The position numbers were made by a program, and so were the translations under genes. The notes under the pieces are model-generated. The model made no database searches and had not been told where the DNA came from. It saw only the letters and a list, made by a program, of their open reading frames with translations. Below are positions 19,335-26,577 of a DNA stretch of 28,875 bases, piece after piece; the stretch's first letter is position 1, and each line of letters opens with the position of its first letter. Source of the stretch: a virus (taxonomy: Duplodnaviria; Caudoviricetes); the IMG/VR virus record IMGVR_UViG_3300005573_000237, positions 1 through 28,875 of that record. One strand, written 5' to 3'.

Positions 19335-19577
19335 TTATAAGAAAACATCCAACTCGGTCATCTCCTCATCGCTTAGGGAAGATCTGATGAGCGCTATGTT
19401 CCTCTTCTGGATCGTGATCAATTCCTGTTTCTCGCGATCATATATCTTTATCTCGCTGCGGCCATCCATCACACATAAGCCCTCCACTTGATTTATGAAT
19501 TCCACCTTATCATCATTTTTCTCGATTGCCGGATGCCTTAGAAAGATTATGACGTGCCTCCCCACTAGATTATTCAC
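19335..19577 (-). CDS. Small beta-barrel protein, weakly Sm-like
   Basis: LVGRHVIIFL...VEGLC...ITIQKRNIALIR; start overlaps the upstream gene. Confidence 0.55.
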   Translation of the reverse strand: MNNLVGRHVIIFLRHPAIEKNDDKVEFINQVEGLCVMDGRSEIKIYDREKQELITIQKRNIALIRSSLSDEEMTELDVFL

Positions 19578-19800
19578 GCTTCAGCCACCGGGCAATTTTC
19601 TTCTTGCAAACGTTATAAATGTAAGACCCTATCGTGTTCCAGAAGACATAGAGCGCGAAGATGAGCCCGGTTATTATCATGATCAGGCCGCCCATGACAT
19701 TCGGCATCCAGTTCGCGGGCGTGGCGCTAAGTAGCATTAAAAAGCCGAATGCGATAATGGCCCCGCCTATGATCACGCCGATGGCGAAAAGCTTCTTCAC
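19570..19800 (-). CDS. Two-TM membrane protein
   Basis: Two hydrophobic helices and a basic tail. Confidence 0.7.
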   Translation of the reverse strand: MKKLFAIGVIIGGAIIAFGFLMLLSATPANWMPNVMGGLIMIITGLIFALYVFWNTIGSYIYNVCKKKIARWLKRE

Positions 19801-19869
19801 GGCAACATGAGCCTATCGGGTATTTATACCCCTCAAACAATCACCATAAATGATAATGTTGATGATATT

Positions 19870-19952
19870 ATAGCTCGGGGAAAACCTCTACATCCTCTAC
19901 ATCCTCTACCCAATCCCATACAAACGGGATTAATGATGGAAAAAGACTTATA
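19870..19952 (-). repeat. Right copy of about 80-bp inverted repeat
   Basis: aaacctctacatcctctacatcctctacccaatccc at 19882-19917; similarity to the left copy continues on both sides. Confidence 0.9.
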
Positions 19953-19955
19953 AAC
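19939..19955 (+). promoter_or_regulatory. BRE-TATA promoter
   Basis: GAAAAAGAC-TTATAAA about 30 nt upstream of ATG 19980. Confidence 0.65.
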
Positions 19956-19979
19956 CATAATGCGGCCCATAAGGCCATC

Positions 19980-20603
19980 ATGAAGCAAAGCACCTTACTA
20001 GTGGTTATAATGCTCGTGATAGGTCTAATAGCCGGAGCAGGCCTCGGCACAATACTATCCGCGAATACGGTAACCATTACCGAGACCAAATACTCGACCA
20101 TCCTCTCAACCTTAACCGAGAAGACCGTTGAGAGGATAACGGAGACAAAGGCCATCCCCACAACCCTATACTCCACGGCAACCCTCACAGTCAAGGAGAC
20201 ATCAACCTCAACCGTAACCAAGACCGCGACCTCGGTATCCACCATAACGCTCGCCACAACATTAACTAGAAGAGTCTACCCGAGCGAGAGCGAAACCGTG
20301 CTCCTAGCCGACTCGGGAAGCGGATACAAGGACACCAGGCCATTCACCTTAAACGAGACCGCGGACCTGAAGATAACCATAAAGGTGTATCCAACGGCTG
20401 ACCTCAAATACGTCCTCCTCGGATGGTATCTCTACATCCCCGGAACAGAAAAATGGGTAAAGCAGGGAACAATAAACCAAGACGCCGGGTCATTCGAGTT
20501 CTACGCCGCGCGAATCCCGCCCGGAGACTACTACGTGAAAATACTCGCCGCAAACTGCAAATGGGAGGTAACCGTGGAAAAAGTAGTAGAAAAAACCGCT
20601 TAA
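19980..20603 (+). CDS. Membrane-anchored Thr-rich surface protein
   Basis: N-terminal hydrophobic helix, long Thr/Ser stalk, C-terminal beta-sandwich-like region (PPGDYYVKI...WEVTV). Confidence 0.85.
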   Translation: MKQSTLLVVIMLVIGLIAGAGLGTILSANTVTITETKYSTILSTLTEKTVERITETKAIPTTLYSTATLTVKETSTSTVTKTATSVSTITLATTLTRRVYPSESETVLLADSGSGYKDTRPFTLNETADLKITIKVYPTADLKYVLLGWYLYIPGTEKWVKQGTINQDAGSFEFYAARIPPGDYYVKILAANCKWEVTVEKVVEKTA

Positions 20604-20971
20604 AACTCGTCAATGAATATCTCCTTCTTCTCTATTTTTCTCTTTACCTCCGGTATTTGCGTGGCGGCATAAATGTGGCCGCATCGCGTGGTTTTACACC
20701 TCATGCAGAAGAGCGTTTTATCATCCGGCTTGTAAACCAAATCAACCGTCTCGTTTAGAAGCTCATCCCAGATCGTAATCGTATCGTTACGGAAATTAAT
20801 ATGTAGTATCTTATTGTAACCATTCCGATAACACCATTCGATTATTATTGATTCCACCAAATCCGTCTTTGAGATGCCCCTCTTCTTCGCCTCCCGCTCT
20901 AGCAGATCATCTATCTCAGGCCTCATCGTTATGTTCCATCTTCTTGTCCGGCCTTTCGGCTCCCTAACCAT
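20600..20971 (-). CDS. RHH transcriptional regulator with C-terminal Zn-binding motif (putative repressor)
   Basis: WNITMRPEIDDLLEREAKKRGISKTDLVESII; CMRC...CGH; divergent from the early operon. Confidence 0.78.
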   Translation of the reverse strand: MVREPKGRTRRWNITMRPEIDDLLEREAKKRGISKTDLVESIIIEWCYRNGYNKILHINFRNDTITIWDELLNETVDLVYKPDDKTLFCMRCKTTRCGHIYAATQIPEVKRKIEKKEIFIDEF

Positions 20972-21000
20972 ACACCACCACTTACGCAAAAATGATAAAC

Positions 21001-21043
21001 AAAATATTTATATAAGGCTTTTGTACAATATTATTGTACAAAA
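21001..21043. promoter_or_regulatory. Divergent TATA region with palindromic operator
   Basis: TTTATATAA at 21007-21015; perfect inverted repeat TTTTGTACAATA-T-TATTGTACAAAA at 21019-21043. Confidence 0.8.
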
Positions 21044-21057
21044 TTGAGGTGGGGAGA

Positions 21058-21327
21058 ATGAGTAGGGAAAACATGTGCGAATCATTTGAGGCTGTGGATG
21101 CCCGCAAGAAGCTGAGTGAATGGGTTGAGGCGATTGACTACCTTAGGATGCTGCAGCATGTCAAGGTCGCTCACGCGGATTTATTTGAGCGCGTGCGGAA
21201 AGGAGGCCAAATATACGGGGTAACCGAAAGGGCCCTCTACCAATGCCGCAAATGCGGCGCCGTTGAGGATGGTGTTATCGAGATAATCTCGCATTATGTC
21301 GCAGAACACATGGAGGTGGATGAGTGA
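21058..21327 (+). CDS. C2H2-like Zn-finger protein
   Basis: YQCRKCG...ISHYVAEH; GAGGTGGGG RBS before ATG 21058. Confidence 0.7.
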   Translation: MSRENMCESFEAVDARKKLSEWVEAIDYLRMLQHVKVAHADLFERVRKGGQIYGVTERALYQCRKCGAVEDGVIEIISHYVAEHMEVDE

Positions 21328-21647
21328 TGGAGGTTAAGACCGAGCGGAGGTTCCGCGGGACGGGGAAGGTCGCGCAATTCATGGATTTCCTAGATAGCCT
21401 GAAGGAGCCAATAGTGTCTGATAGCGAGCTCCGGGAGGTCTTCAAGAAGGCGCTATCATTTGTTGAGCCGGGCGCGTTGATCGTAGTCCCCCGAATATTT
21501 GACGAGATCATCATGGCGGCAACATATGAGGACTCGATAGTGTTCATCACTAGGGGCGGCCTACGGATACAGTTCTACGTCTATTGGTCGGCGAATAGTG
21601 TCCTCGTCAGCGTAACGCGGGTCGAGGAAGATCATTACGAAGACTAG
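21324..21647 (+). CDS. Hypothetical protein
   Basis: GGAGGTGG RBS; start overlaps the upstream stop. Confidence 0.7.
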   Translation: MMEVKTERRFRGTGKVAQFMDFLDSLKEPIVSDSELREVFKKALSFVEPGALIVVPRIFDEIIMAATYEDSIVFITRGGLRIQFYVYWSANSVLVSVTRVEEDHYED

Positions 21648-21690
21648 GAGGTCGGGAGACATGGCTCTGAAACCCCCATTTTTATTTTTT

Positions 21691-21765
21691 GAGGTGTTTA
21701 GAACACCTCTCCACACCTTTCCACACCTCACATGTGAGGTGCTCTCCACACCTCTGCACACCTCT
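21691..21765. repeat. ACACCT iteron-like array with 18-bp palindrome
   Basis: ACACCT at 21703, 21713, 21723, 21748, 21758; inverted copies at 21692 and 21737; CACCTCACATGTGAGGTG at 21724-21741. Confidence 0.85.
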
Positions 21766-21800
21766 CATGCTCTAAACCCTTCAGGAAGGAGGGTAAAACA

Positions 21801-21971
21801 ATGGGCGATAAAGCCAAGGTAAAGGTTTACTTCTATCTAGACGCGGATGATTACCTTATCCTTAAAAAGCTAGCGGAAGAAAAGCGCATTCCATTCTCAA
21901 TCATGTGCCGCATAATCATATCCGATTATCTTTCTCAGCTTAAAAATGGAAATCGGGCCGTCATTGGTTAG
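21801..21971 (+). CDS. CopG-like RHH protein (56 aa)
   Basis: Below the ORF-track cutoff: MGDKAKVKVYFYLDADDYLILKKLAEEKRIPFSIMCRIIISDYL...; GGAGGG RBS. Confidence 0.78.
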   Translation: MGDKAKVKVYFYLDADDYLILKKLAEEKRIPFSIMCRIIISDYLSQLKNGNRAVIG

Positions 21972-21973
21972 AG

Positions 21974-22627
21974 ATGATAAGCGAGAGCGAGGTTGAGAGA
22001 TTGTTTATAGCGAGGGTTAGGGGCTATTTAGATGAGCCTAATCGGAGAAACGAGTTGCATTTGACCGATCTTTGCTCGCCATGCTTTAGGAGGGTTTGGT
22101 TTGATAAGAAAGACCCATGGCCTAGGGATACCGAGGCGATTTTGAGATTGTGGCGCGGGAAGGCGCTCCATGAGCTCCCGCTTTTGGAGATGCATGAGTT
22201 GGAGCTAGAGTATGATGGGGTGAAAACGCGGATTGATGAATACTCGCCCGAGTTCAAAATCTTAATAGAAAAGAAGACCGCCGATTTCATCCCCCGCGAC
22301 ATCGCGGAGCTGAAGCGATATTACCAGCATTATCTCGACCAAGTTGCCTTTGAATGGCTCCTCCTCGTAAAAAACGGACATGATTGCAGGCAAATATTTT
22401 TGTTGTTCATCAAGGATGGGCAGCAAACCGAGAGCGGGCGAAAGCCCCTCAAGGCGTTCGACGTCACAGAGCTCATTGACTTCGACAACGTGGAGACGAT
22501 GTTCATAGAGCGCAAGACGCTTTTAGCCGCGCTTCTGGAGAGGGGCCAGCCGCCAGACGTCCCCGAGAACTTCACGGCATTCGATTACCCATGCTCATAT
22601 TGTGAATACCGGGGGAGGTGCTGGTGA
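21974..22627 (+). CDS. Solo Cas4-like PD-(D/E)xK nuclease
   Basis: SPCFRR, GKALHE, TRIDE, IEKKT, DQV, C-terminal CSYCEYRGRC (1+3 Cys pattern typical of Fe-S binding). Confidence 0.85.
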   Translation: MISESEVERLFIARVRGYLDEPNRRNELHLTDLCSPCFRRVWFDKKDPWPRDTEAILRLWRGKALHELPLLEMHELELEYDGVKTRIDEYSPEFKILIEKKTADFIPRDIAELKRYYQHYLDQVAFEWLLLVKNGHDCRQIFLLFIKDGQQTESGRKPLKAFDVTELIDFDNVETMFIERKTLLAALLERGQPPDVPENFTAFDYPCSYCEYRGRCW

Positions 22628-22926
22628 TGCCGAAGATGAAGGATAAGGGGGAGGCAATCCGGCAAATGCTTTACGCCGCCACCATCATCGCGCATTCTCT
22701 CGAGAAAAAGGGCGTGTTCAAGAATGTTGATGAGACGGTCGTGGGCCGGGGAGAACTAAGGCACATCTTGGACAAGGATCGAGATGGCAAGGGATTATTA
22801 TCGCTCGCGTCTATGGCCGCAAAGCGCTTTGACGTGCGGCGGGTCAAAACAATTGATGGCAAATATTTGGTCGAGGTCATTGACGTGGATAAGCCGTTAC
22901 TAAAAGTAAGGAGGCTGAGGAAATGA
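22627..22926 (+). CDS. Hypothetical protein
   Basis: GGAGGTG RBS; translationally coupled on both sides. Confidence 0.65.
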   Translation: MPKMKDKGEAIRQMLYAATIIAHSLEKKGVFKNVDETVVGRGELRHILDKDRDGKGLLSLASMAAKRFDVRRVKTIDGKYLVEVIDVDKPLLKVRRLRK

Positions 22927-23756
22927 GCGAGATAGTCTTGATAGAGAAGGAAAAATTAATTATAGCAGACTATAACCCGAGGATCGCGCGGAATCAGGAG
23001 AAGATTAGGGCATTGGCCGAGAACATTAAGCATGCGGGCATGGCGGTGCCGTTGGTCGTGAGGCCGACCGATGACGGGAAGTTCGAGATCATAGACGGCG
23101 GCGAGAGGTTTCTGGCGGGCCAGATCGTGGGCATGGATAAGTATCCATGCATAATCAAGAACATCCCATTATCCGAGGCGAAAAAATTGGCATTGGCGGT
23201 CAATGTCGAGCGGGAGGAATTGACTGATGAGGAAATAGCGATGTGTATTAGGGACTTGATCGAGGAGGGCGTCTTCAAGTCGAAGAAGGAGGCCGCGATA
23301 TTCTTGGGCTGGAGCGAGAGCTATCTGAACGAGAAGCTCAAGGAGCTTGACGAGATAAAGGATAAGACGATCGCCAAGCAATTAGTTACCGAATACCCCG
23401 GCCTAAACATCAAGGTCGCCGAGACGCTTGCATCTCTAGGCATCAAGCCGAGCAAGGAGGACATCGAGATAATTAAGATGATCCCCAAGGCCGAGCAGAA
23501 GACAATACTCGACAAATTACAAGAAACCGGCGACATCAAGAAGGCCATAGCCAAGTATCAGAAGGAGCGAGAAGAGGAGATAGCCAAGCCGGTAAAGATA
23601 CGGGCGCCGAGCGGCCATAGTTACGAGATCTCGAAAAGCGACAACAAGCTGATCATCTTCAAGCTTGAGCGCGGCACAATAATCGAGCAGCTAACCTTGC
23701 CGTTAAGCGACCTCAAGCAGGTCATCGAGTCCATGAGAAAGTTCCTCGATTTTTAG
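22923..23756 (+). CDS. ParB/Srx-domain protein with HTH
   Basis: YNPR, PLVVRP, FEIIDGGERFLA, VNVEREELT. Confidence 0.88.
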   Translation: MSEIVLIEKEKLIIADYNPRIARNQEKIRALAENIKHAGMAVPLVVRPTDDGKFEIIDGGERFLAGQIVGMDKYPCIIKNIPLSEAKKLALAVNVEREELTDEEIAMCIRDLIEEGVFKSKKEAAIFLGWSESYLNEKLKELDEIKDKTIAKQLVTEYPGLNIKVAETLASLGIKPSKEDIEIIKMIPKAEQKTILDKLQETGDIKKAIAKYQKEREEEIAKPVKIRAPSGHSYEISKSDNKLIIFKLERGTIIEQLTLPLSDLKQVIESMRKFLDF

Positions 23757-23799
23757 GATTTTAACCCGTTTCCTCCACTCGTTTTTCAAGGGTGGATAA

Positions 23800-24606
23800 A
23801 TGGGAGAGGTAGTGGTGATAGGAGACGTTCATGTCGGCAGCAATTATGCGGTTTTTCCCGAGAAGTTCGTGAACCCGGAGAGCGGAAACGTGATAGAGGC
23901 CAATGAGTGGCAGCTGAAGCTCCTTGACTATTGGAAGCGGTTTGCCGAGGAGATCAAGCCCGAGATCATAGTTCTATTAGGCGATTTGGTTGAGGGGCCG
24001 CAGAGCCGGGAGAAGTTCGGCACATTAACGCTGCAAAACGTCCAGCACCAGGCCATGGCCTTCCTAGAGCTTATGAAGTATTGGACATGGAAGAAGATCT
24101 ATGTCGTGAGGGGAACGCAATATCATGTCGAGACAACCGGGGTTCACGTCGAGGAGTGGATCGCCCAGCAATTGAACGCGGAGCCGGCGTCAAAATGGGA
24201 GAAGACGAGGAAAAGCGTCTATGACCTCGGCTTGGAATACAATGGCGTGGCGATGCACTTCGCCCACCACCTAAGCAGCTCGTTCGTCCCACACTACCGC
24301 TTTACCCCGATGGTGCGGGAGGCATGGCTCAGCAAGATGTATGACCGCTACTACGGCCATTATGACATAATCGTGCGGGGCCACGTCCACTACTGCAACA
24401 TCGCCCAGATCTCTGACGACTTCGCGGTGATGACGATACCGTGCTGGCAGCTCCCCACGCCCTACCAGAAGAAGCGCTCGAGCTTCAGCTACCCCGACTT
24501 GGGCCTTGCGGCCATAGACGTCTATGACCCCGGAAAATACTTGATCGAGCTGCGAATCATTCACGAGATCAAGCCGCATAGGGTAAAGGCCGAGGTGGAG
24601 AAGTGA
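23800..24606 (+). CDS. Calcineurin-like metallophosphoesterase
   Basis: GDVHVG, GDLVEG, RGTQYH, FAHH, RGHVH. Confidence 0.88.
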   Translation: MGEVVVIGDVHVGSNYAVFPEKFVNPESGNVIEANEWQLKLLDYWKRFAEEIKPEIIVLLGDLVEGPQSREKFGTLTLQNVQHQAMAFLELMKYWTWKKIYVVRGTQYHVETTGVHVEEWIAQQLNAEPASKWEKTRKSVYDLGLEYNGVAMHFAHHLSSSFVPHYRFTPMVREAWLSKMYDRYYGHYDIIVRGHVHYCNIAQISDDFAVMTIPCWQLPTPYQKKRSSFSYPDLGLAAIDVYDPGKYLIELRIIHEIKPHRVKAEVEK

Positions 24607-24800
24607 TGCCCAAGATGATAGGCGTCAAGGTCATCAGGCTCGAGGCCGACTTCCCGAGCATCGAGAGACTTGACGAGCTATGCGAAAGACAGGCCAAGGA
24701 AGAAGCAAGGCAAGAAGATCTTGGTAAAAGCGCCCGAGACATCGCCAAGATTGAAAATATAGTTCGGGAGGTGATCCGGGGATGGCGAGCTTCAAGGTAA
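24603..24800 (+). CDS. Hypothetical protein
   Basis: GAGGTGG RBS; start overlaps the upstream stop. Confidence 0.6.
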   Translation: MMPKMIGVKVIRLEADFPSIERLDELCERQAKEEARQEDLGKSARDIAKIENIVREVIRGWRASR

Positions 24801-25417
24801 AACTGTTCTTCAAGGCGCCGCTCAGGGCCACGAAACCGATTAGCGAGTCAATGCTTGTTGAGAGGCATCTAGAGGCCACGAAAGGCCGTATACTCCAATA
24901 TCTCAGGGCCGTGAAGGCAAGCGAGGACGAGGAAAAGCTCCGCCGGGAGATGGAGAAGTGGCTCGAGGGCTTGCTAAACGTATTCCCCCGCAAGATCCTG
25001 AAGAATGACGGCCACGAGATCGAGCAAATAGCATTTCCCGCATCATGGATCTACGGCGTCTTGGAGGAGCGGGCGGCGGCCCTGAAGATCAAGGGGATAA
25101 CCCGAGGGCTGATCAAGAACGCGGTCGAGGTGAGGCCATACCTGATAGGATTGCGGAAAAACGGGAGGCCCGCGACCATAGAGGACATAGTCTTCCAGGA
25201 TGACACGGTGGTGAGCGCGGACAAGTTCGGCAAGCGCACCGCGCTCAAGCGGTTCGAGGCCCTGCTCCCGCCACTCGAAACCCAGACATTCTACATAAAC
25301 GTGTATGCGCCCGCGATCAAGTTGGAAGACCTCGAGAAGCTGCTCGAGTTCGGGAGGCTTGGCGCGAGCCGAGGACAAGGATACGGCGCGTTTCACGCCC
25401 GGATCACGGAGGCATAA
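24782..25417 (+). CDS. Stand-alone RAMP (Cas7/Csm3-like) protein
   Basis: N-terminal strand FKVKLFFKAPLRAT, IAFPASWIYGVLEE (cf. IPGSSIKGxxR), RFEALLPP...FYINV, G-rich loop LGASRGQGYGAF; GGAGGTGA RBS. Confidence 0.82.
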   Translation: MASFKVKLFFKAPLRATKPISESMLVERHLEATKGRILQYLRAVKASEDEEKLRREMEKWLEGLLNVFPRKILKNDGHEIEQIAFPASWIYGVLEERAAALKIKGITRGLIKNAVEVRPYLIGLRKNGRPATIEDIVFQDDTVVSADKFGKRTALKRFEALLPPLETQTFYINVYAPAIKLEDLEKLLEFGRLGASRGQGYGAFHARITEA

Positions 25418-25427
25418 AAATGATTCG

Positions 25428-25569
25428 ATCCCTCCCAGCGGCGGGAAAATCCTTTCATTTCTTTATATTTTATTTTCTTACTTTCGCTTATATTCCGTTC
25501 TCGTTCCTTTCATTATTTTGTATTTGGATTGCGTTCTATTCATTTTCTTCCCGATACCGCTGGAGGGAT
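25428..25569 (+). ncRNA. Putative structured RNA: GC-rich closing stem around 20 pentamer units (NN + U-rich triplet)
   Basis: ATCCCT-C-CCAGCGG-CGGGAA pairs with TTCCCG-ATA-CCGCTGG-AGGGAT; T at every fifth position from 25454 to 25549 (20 of 20). Strand assumed from operon direction. Confidence 0.7.
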
Positions 25570-25574
25570 GAGGC

Positions 25575-26018
25575 CTGCCAAGCAAGACAAGAAAGTGCCT
25601 AATCATCTACAACTCTCTTGATGATGACTTGGGCGAGATCACGCGCGAAAGAATCTTAGAGGCCCGGAGGCGCGTTTACGCCTGCTTTTACATCGCCTCC
25701 CTCCCGTTCATTATCCAAGCGCTCGTGCTCGCGAGGAAGAAAGAATGTGAGGTCAAGGCAATTCTAAGTAATGACCCGATGAACGCCTCAACCGCGACAT
25801 ATCTAGAGTCTCATGGCATCCCAGTCAAGATCTGGAGGCAGGATAGGGGCATAATGCACATCAAGATGCTCATCTGCGATGACGTGGCCCTGCTCGGCTC
25901 TTATAACCCGACGTATTACGCCTCGAGCTTCAACGTGGAGCTCCTAATCGAGATACGCGATAAGGTGGTTGTAGATGATCTAGCAGCCTTCTTCATGCGA
26001 CTCTGGAGAATGTGCTAG
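25575..26018 (+). CDS. Single-HKD phospholipase D-family nuclease
   Basis: MHIKMLICD (HxKx4D) and GSYN. Frame is open from 25572; CTG 25575 is well spaced from GGAGG; TTG 25629 is the alternative start. Confidence 0.85.
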   Translation: MPSKTRKCLIIYNSLDDDLGEITRERILEARRRVYACFYIASLPFIIQALVLARKKECEVKAILSNDPMNASTATYLESHGIPVKIWRQDRGIMHIKMLICDDVALLGSYNPTYYASSFNVELLIEIRDKVVVDDLAAFFMRLWRMC

Positions 26019-26056
26019 TTTTCAGCCGGATAAATCTAGGCGCCCCTCATTGGGCC

Positions 26057-26161
26057 ATGAAGGGGTGGAGATGCCCTAGATGCGGGCGCCTGATAACCGC
26101 CCAAAGCAGTGAGGATCTCTACATGAAGATCGAGATCCACGTGAGGGGGTGCATTGGATGA
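26057..26161 (+). CDS. Tiny Zn-finger protein (34 aa)
   Basis: MKGWRCPRCGRLITAQSSEDLYMKIEIHVRGCIG; TTTCAG motif 35 nt upstream; ATGA overlap with the next gene. Confidence 0.65.
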   Translation: MKGWRCPRCGRLITAQSSEDLYMKIEIHVRGCIG

Positions 26162-26577
26162 CGACAATGTTAGCGGCTAGATCTAAGCTCGTGCCAGTCG
26201 TGGCCCACCTACCGAAAAAATACGTCGAGGAGCTTGACAGCATGGTAAGGAAAGGCGTCTTCCCAAGCCGGAGCGAGCTGATCCGCGCGGCCGTGAAAAA
26301 CCTGCTCCTCGACCCTAGCCGCGATGATGAGACGATGCTAATCAAGGTTCGGCGCGGGATCGGAATAGACGGCTATGCCAAGAATCAGGGCTATTGCGGG
26401 CGCTGCAGGGTGGCCTTCGAGCCTGTTAGGCCGGTGAACGCGATCCTGATACGCTGCCCGCTCTGCGGCGGGCAATTGCGCCGCAAGCCCAGGAGGGCCG
26501 ATAAAAAGCCGGAGCTACCGCGAGTCCAAGCCCCCGCCGACATCATGGAGGAGCTTGAGATGGAGGTGACGGTATGA
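26158..26577 (+). CDS. RHH regulator with Zn ribbon
   Basis: VAHLPKKYVEELDSMVRKGVFPSRSELIRAAV; CGRC...CPLCG. Confidence 0.85.
   Translation: MTTMLAARSKLVPVVAHLPKKYVEELDSMVRKGVFPSRSELIRAAVKNLLLDPSRDDETMLIKVRRGIGIDGYAKNQGYCGRCRVAFEPVRPVNAILIRCPLCGGQLRRKPRRADKKPELPRVQAPADIMEELEMEVTV

Noticed and set aside
21974-25417. Canonical CRISPR-Cas locus (cas4 plus cas7)
   Set aside because: No repeat-spacer array and no cas1, cas2, cas5, cas6 or large subunit seen.
25420-25602. 60-aa Phe-rich ORF (and 25305-25571) as a membrane protein
   Set aside because: The hydrophobicity follows from the T-rich period-5 array, and period 5 plus a closing stem fits RNA better. Not fully excluded, since the ATG follows the RAMP stop closely.
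26034-26138. Several hairpins suggesting an ncRNA
   Set aside because: Better explained by the 34-aa Zn-finger ORF with its own promoter motif and ATGA coupling.
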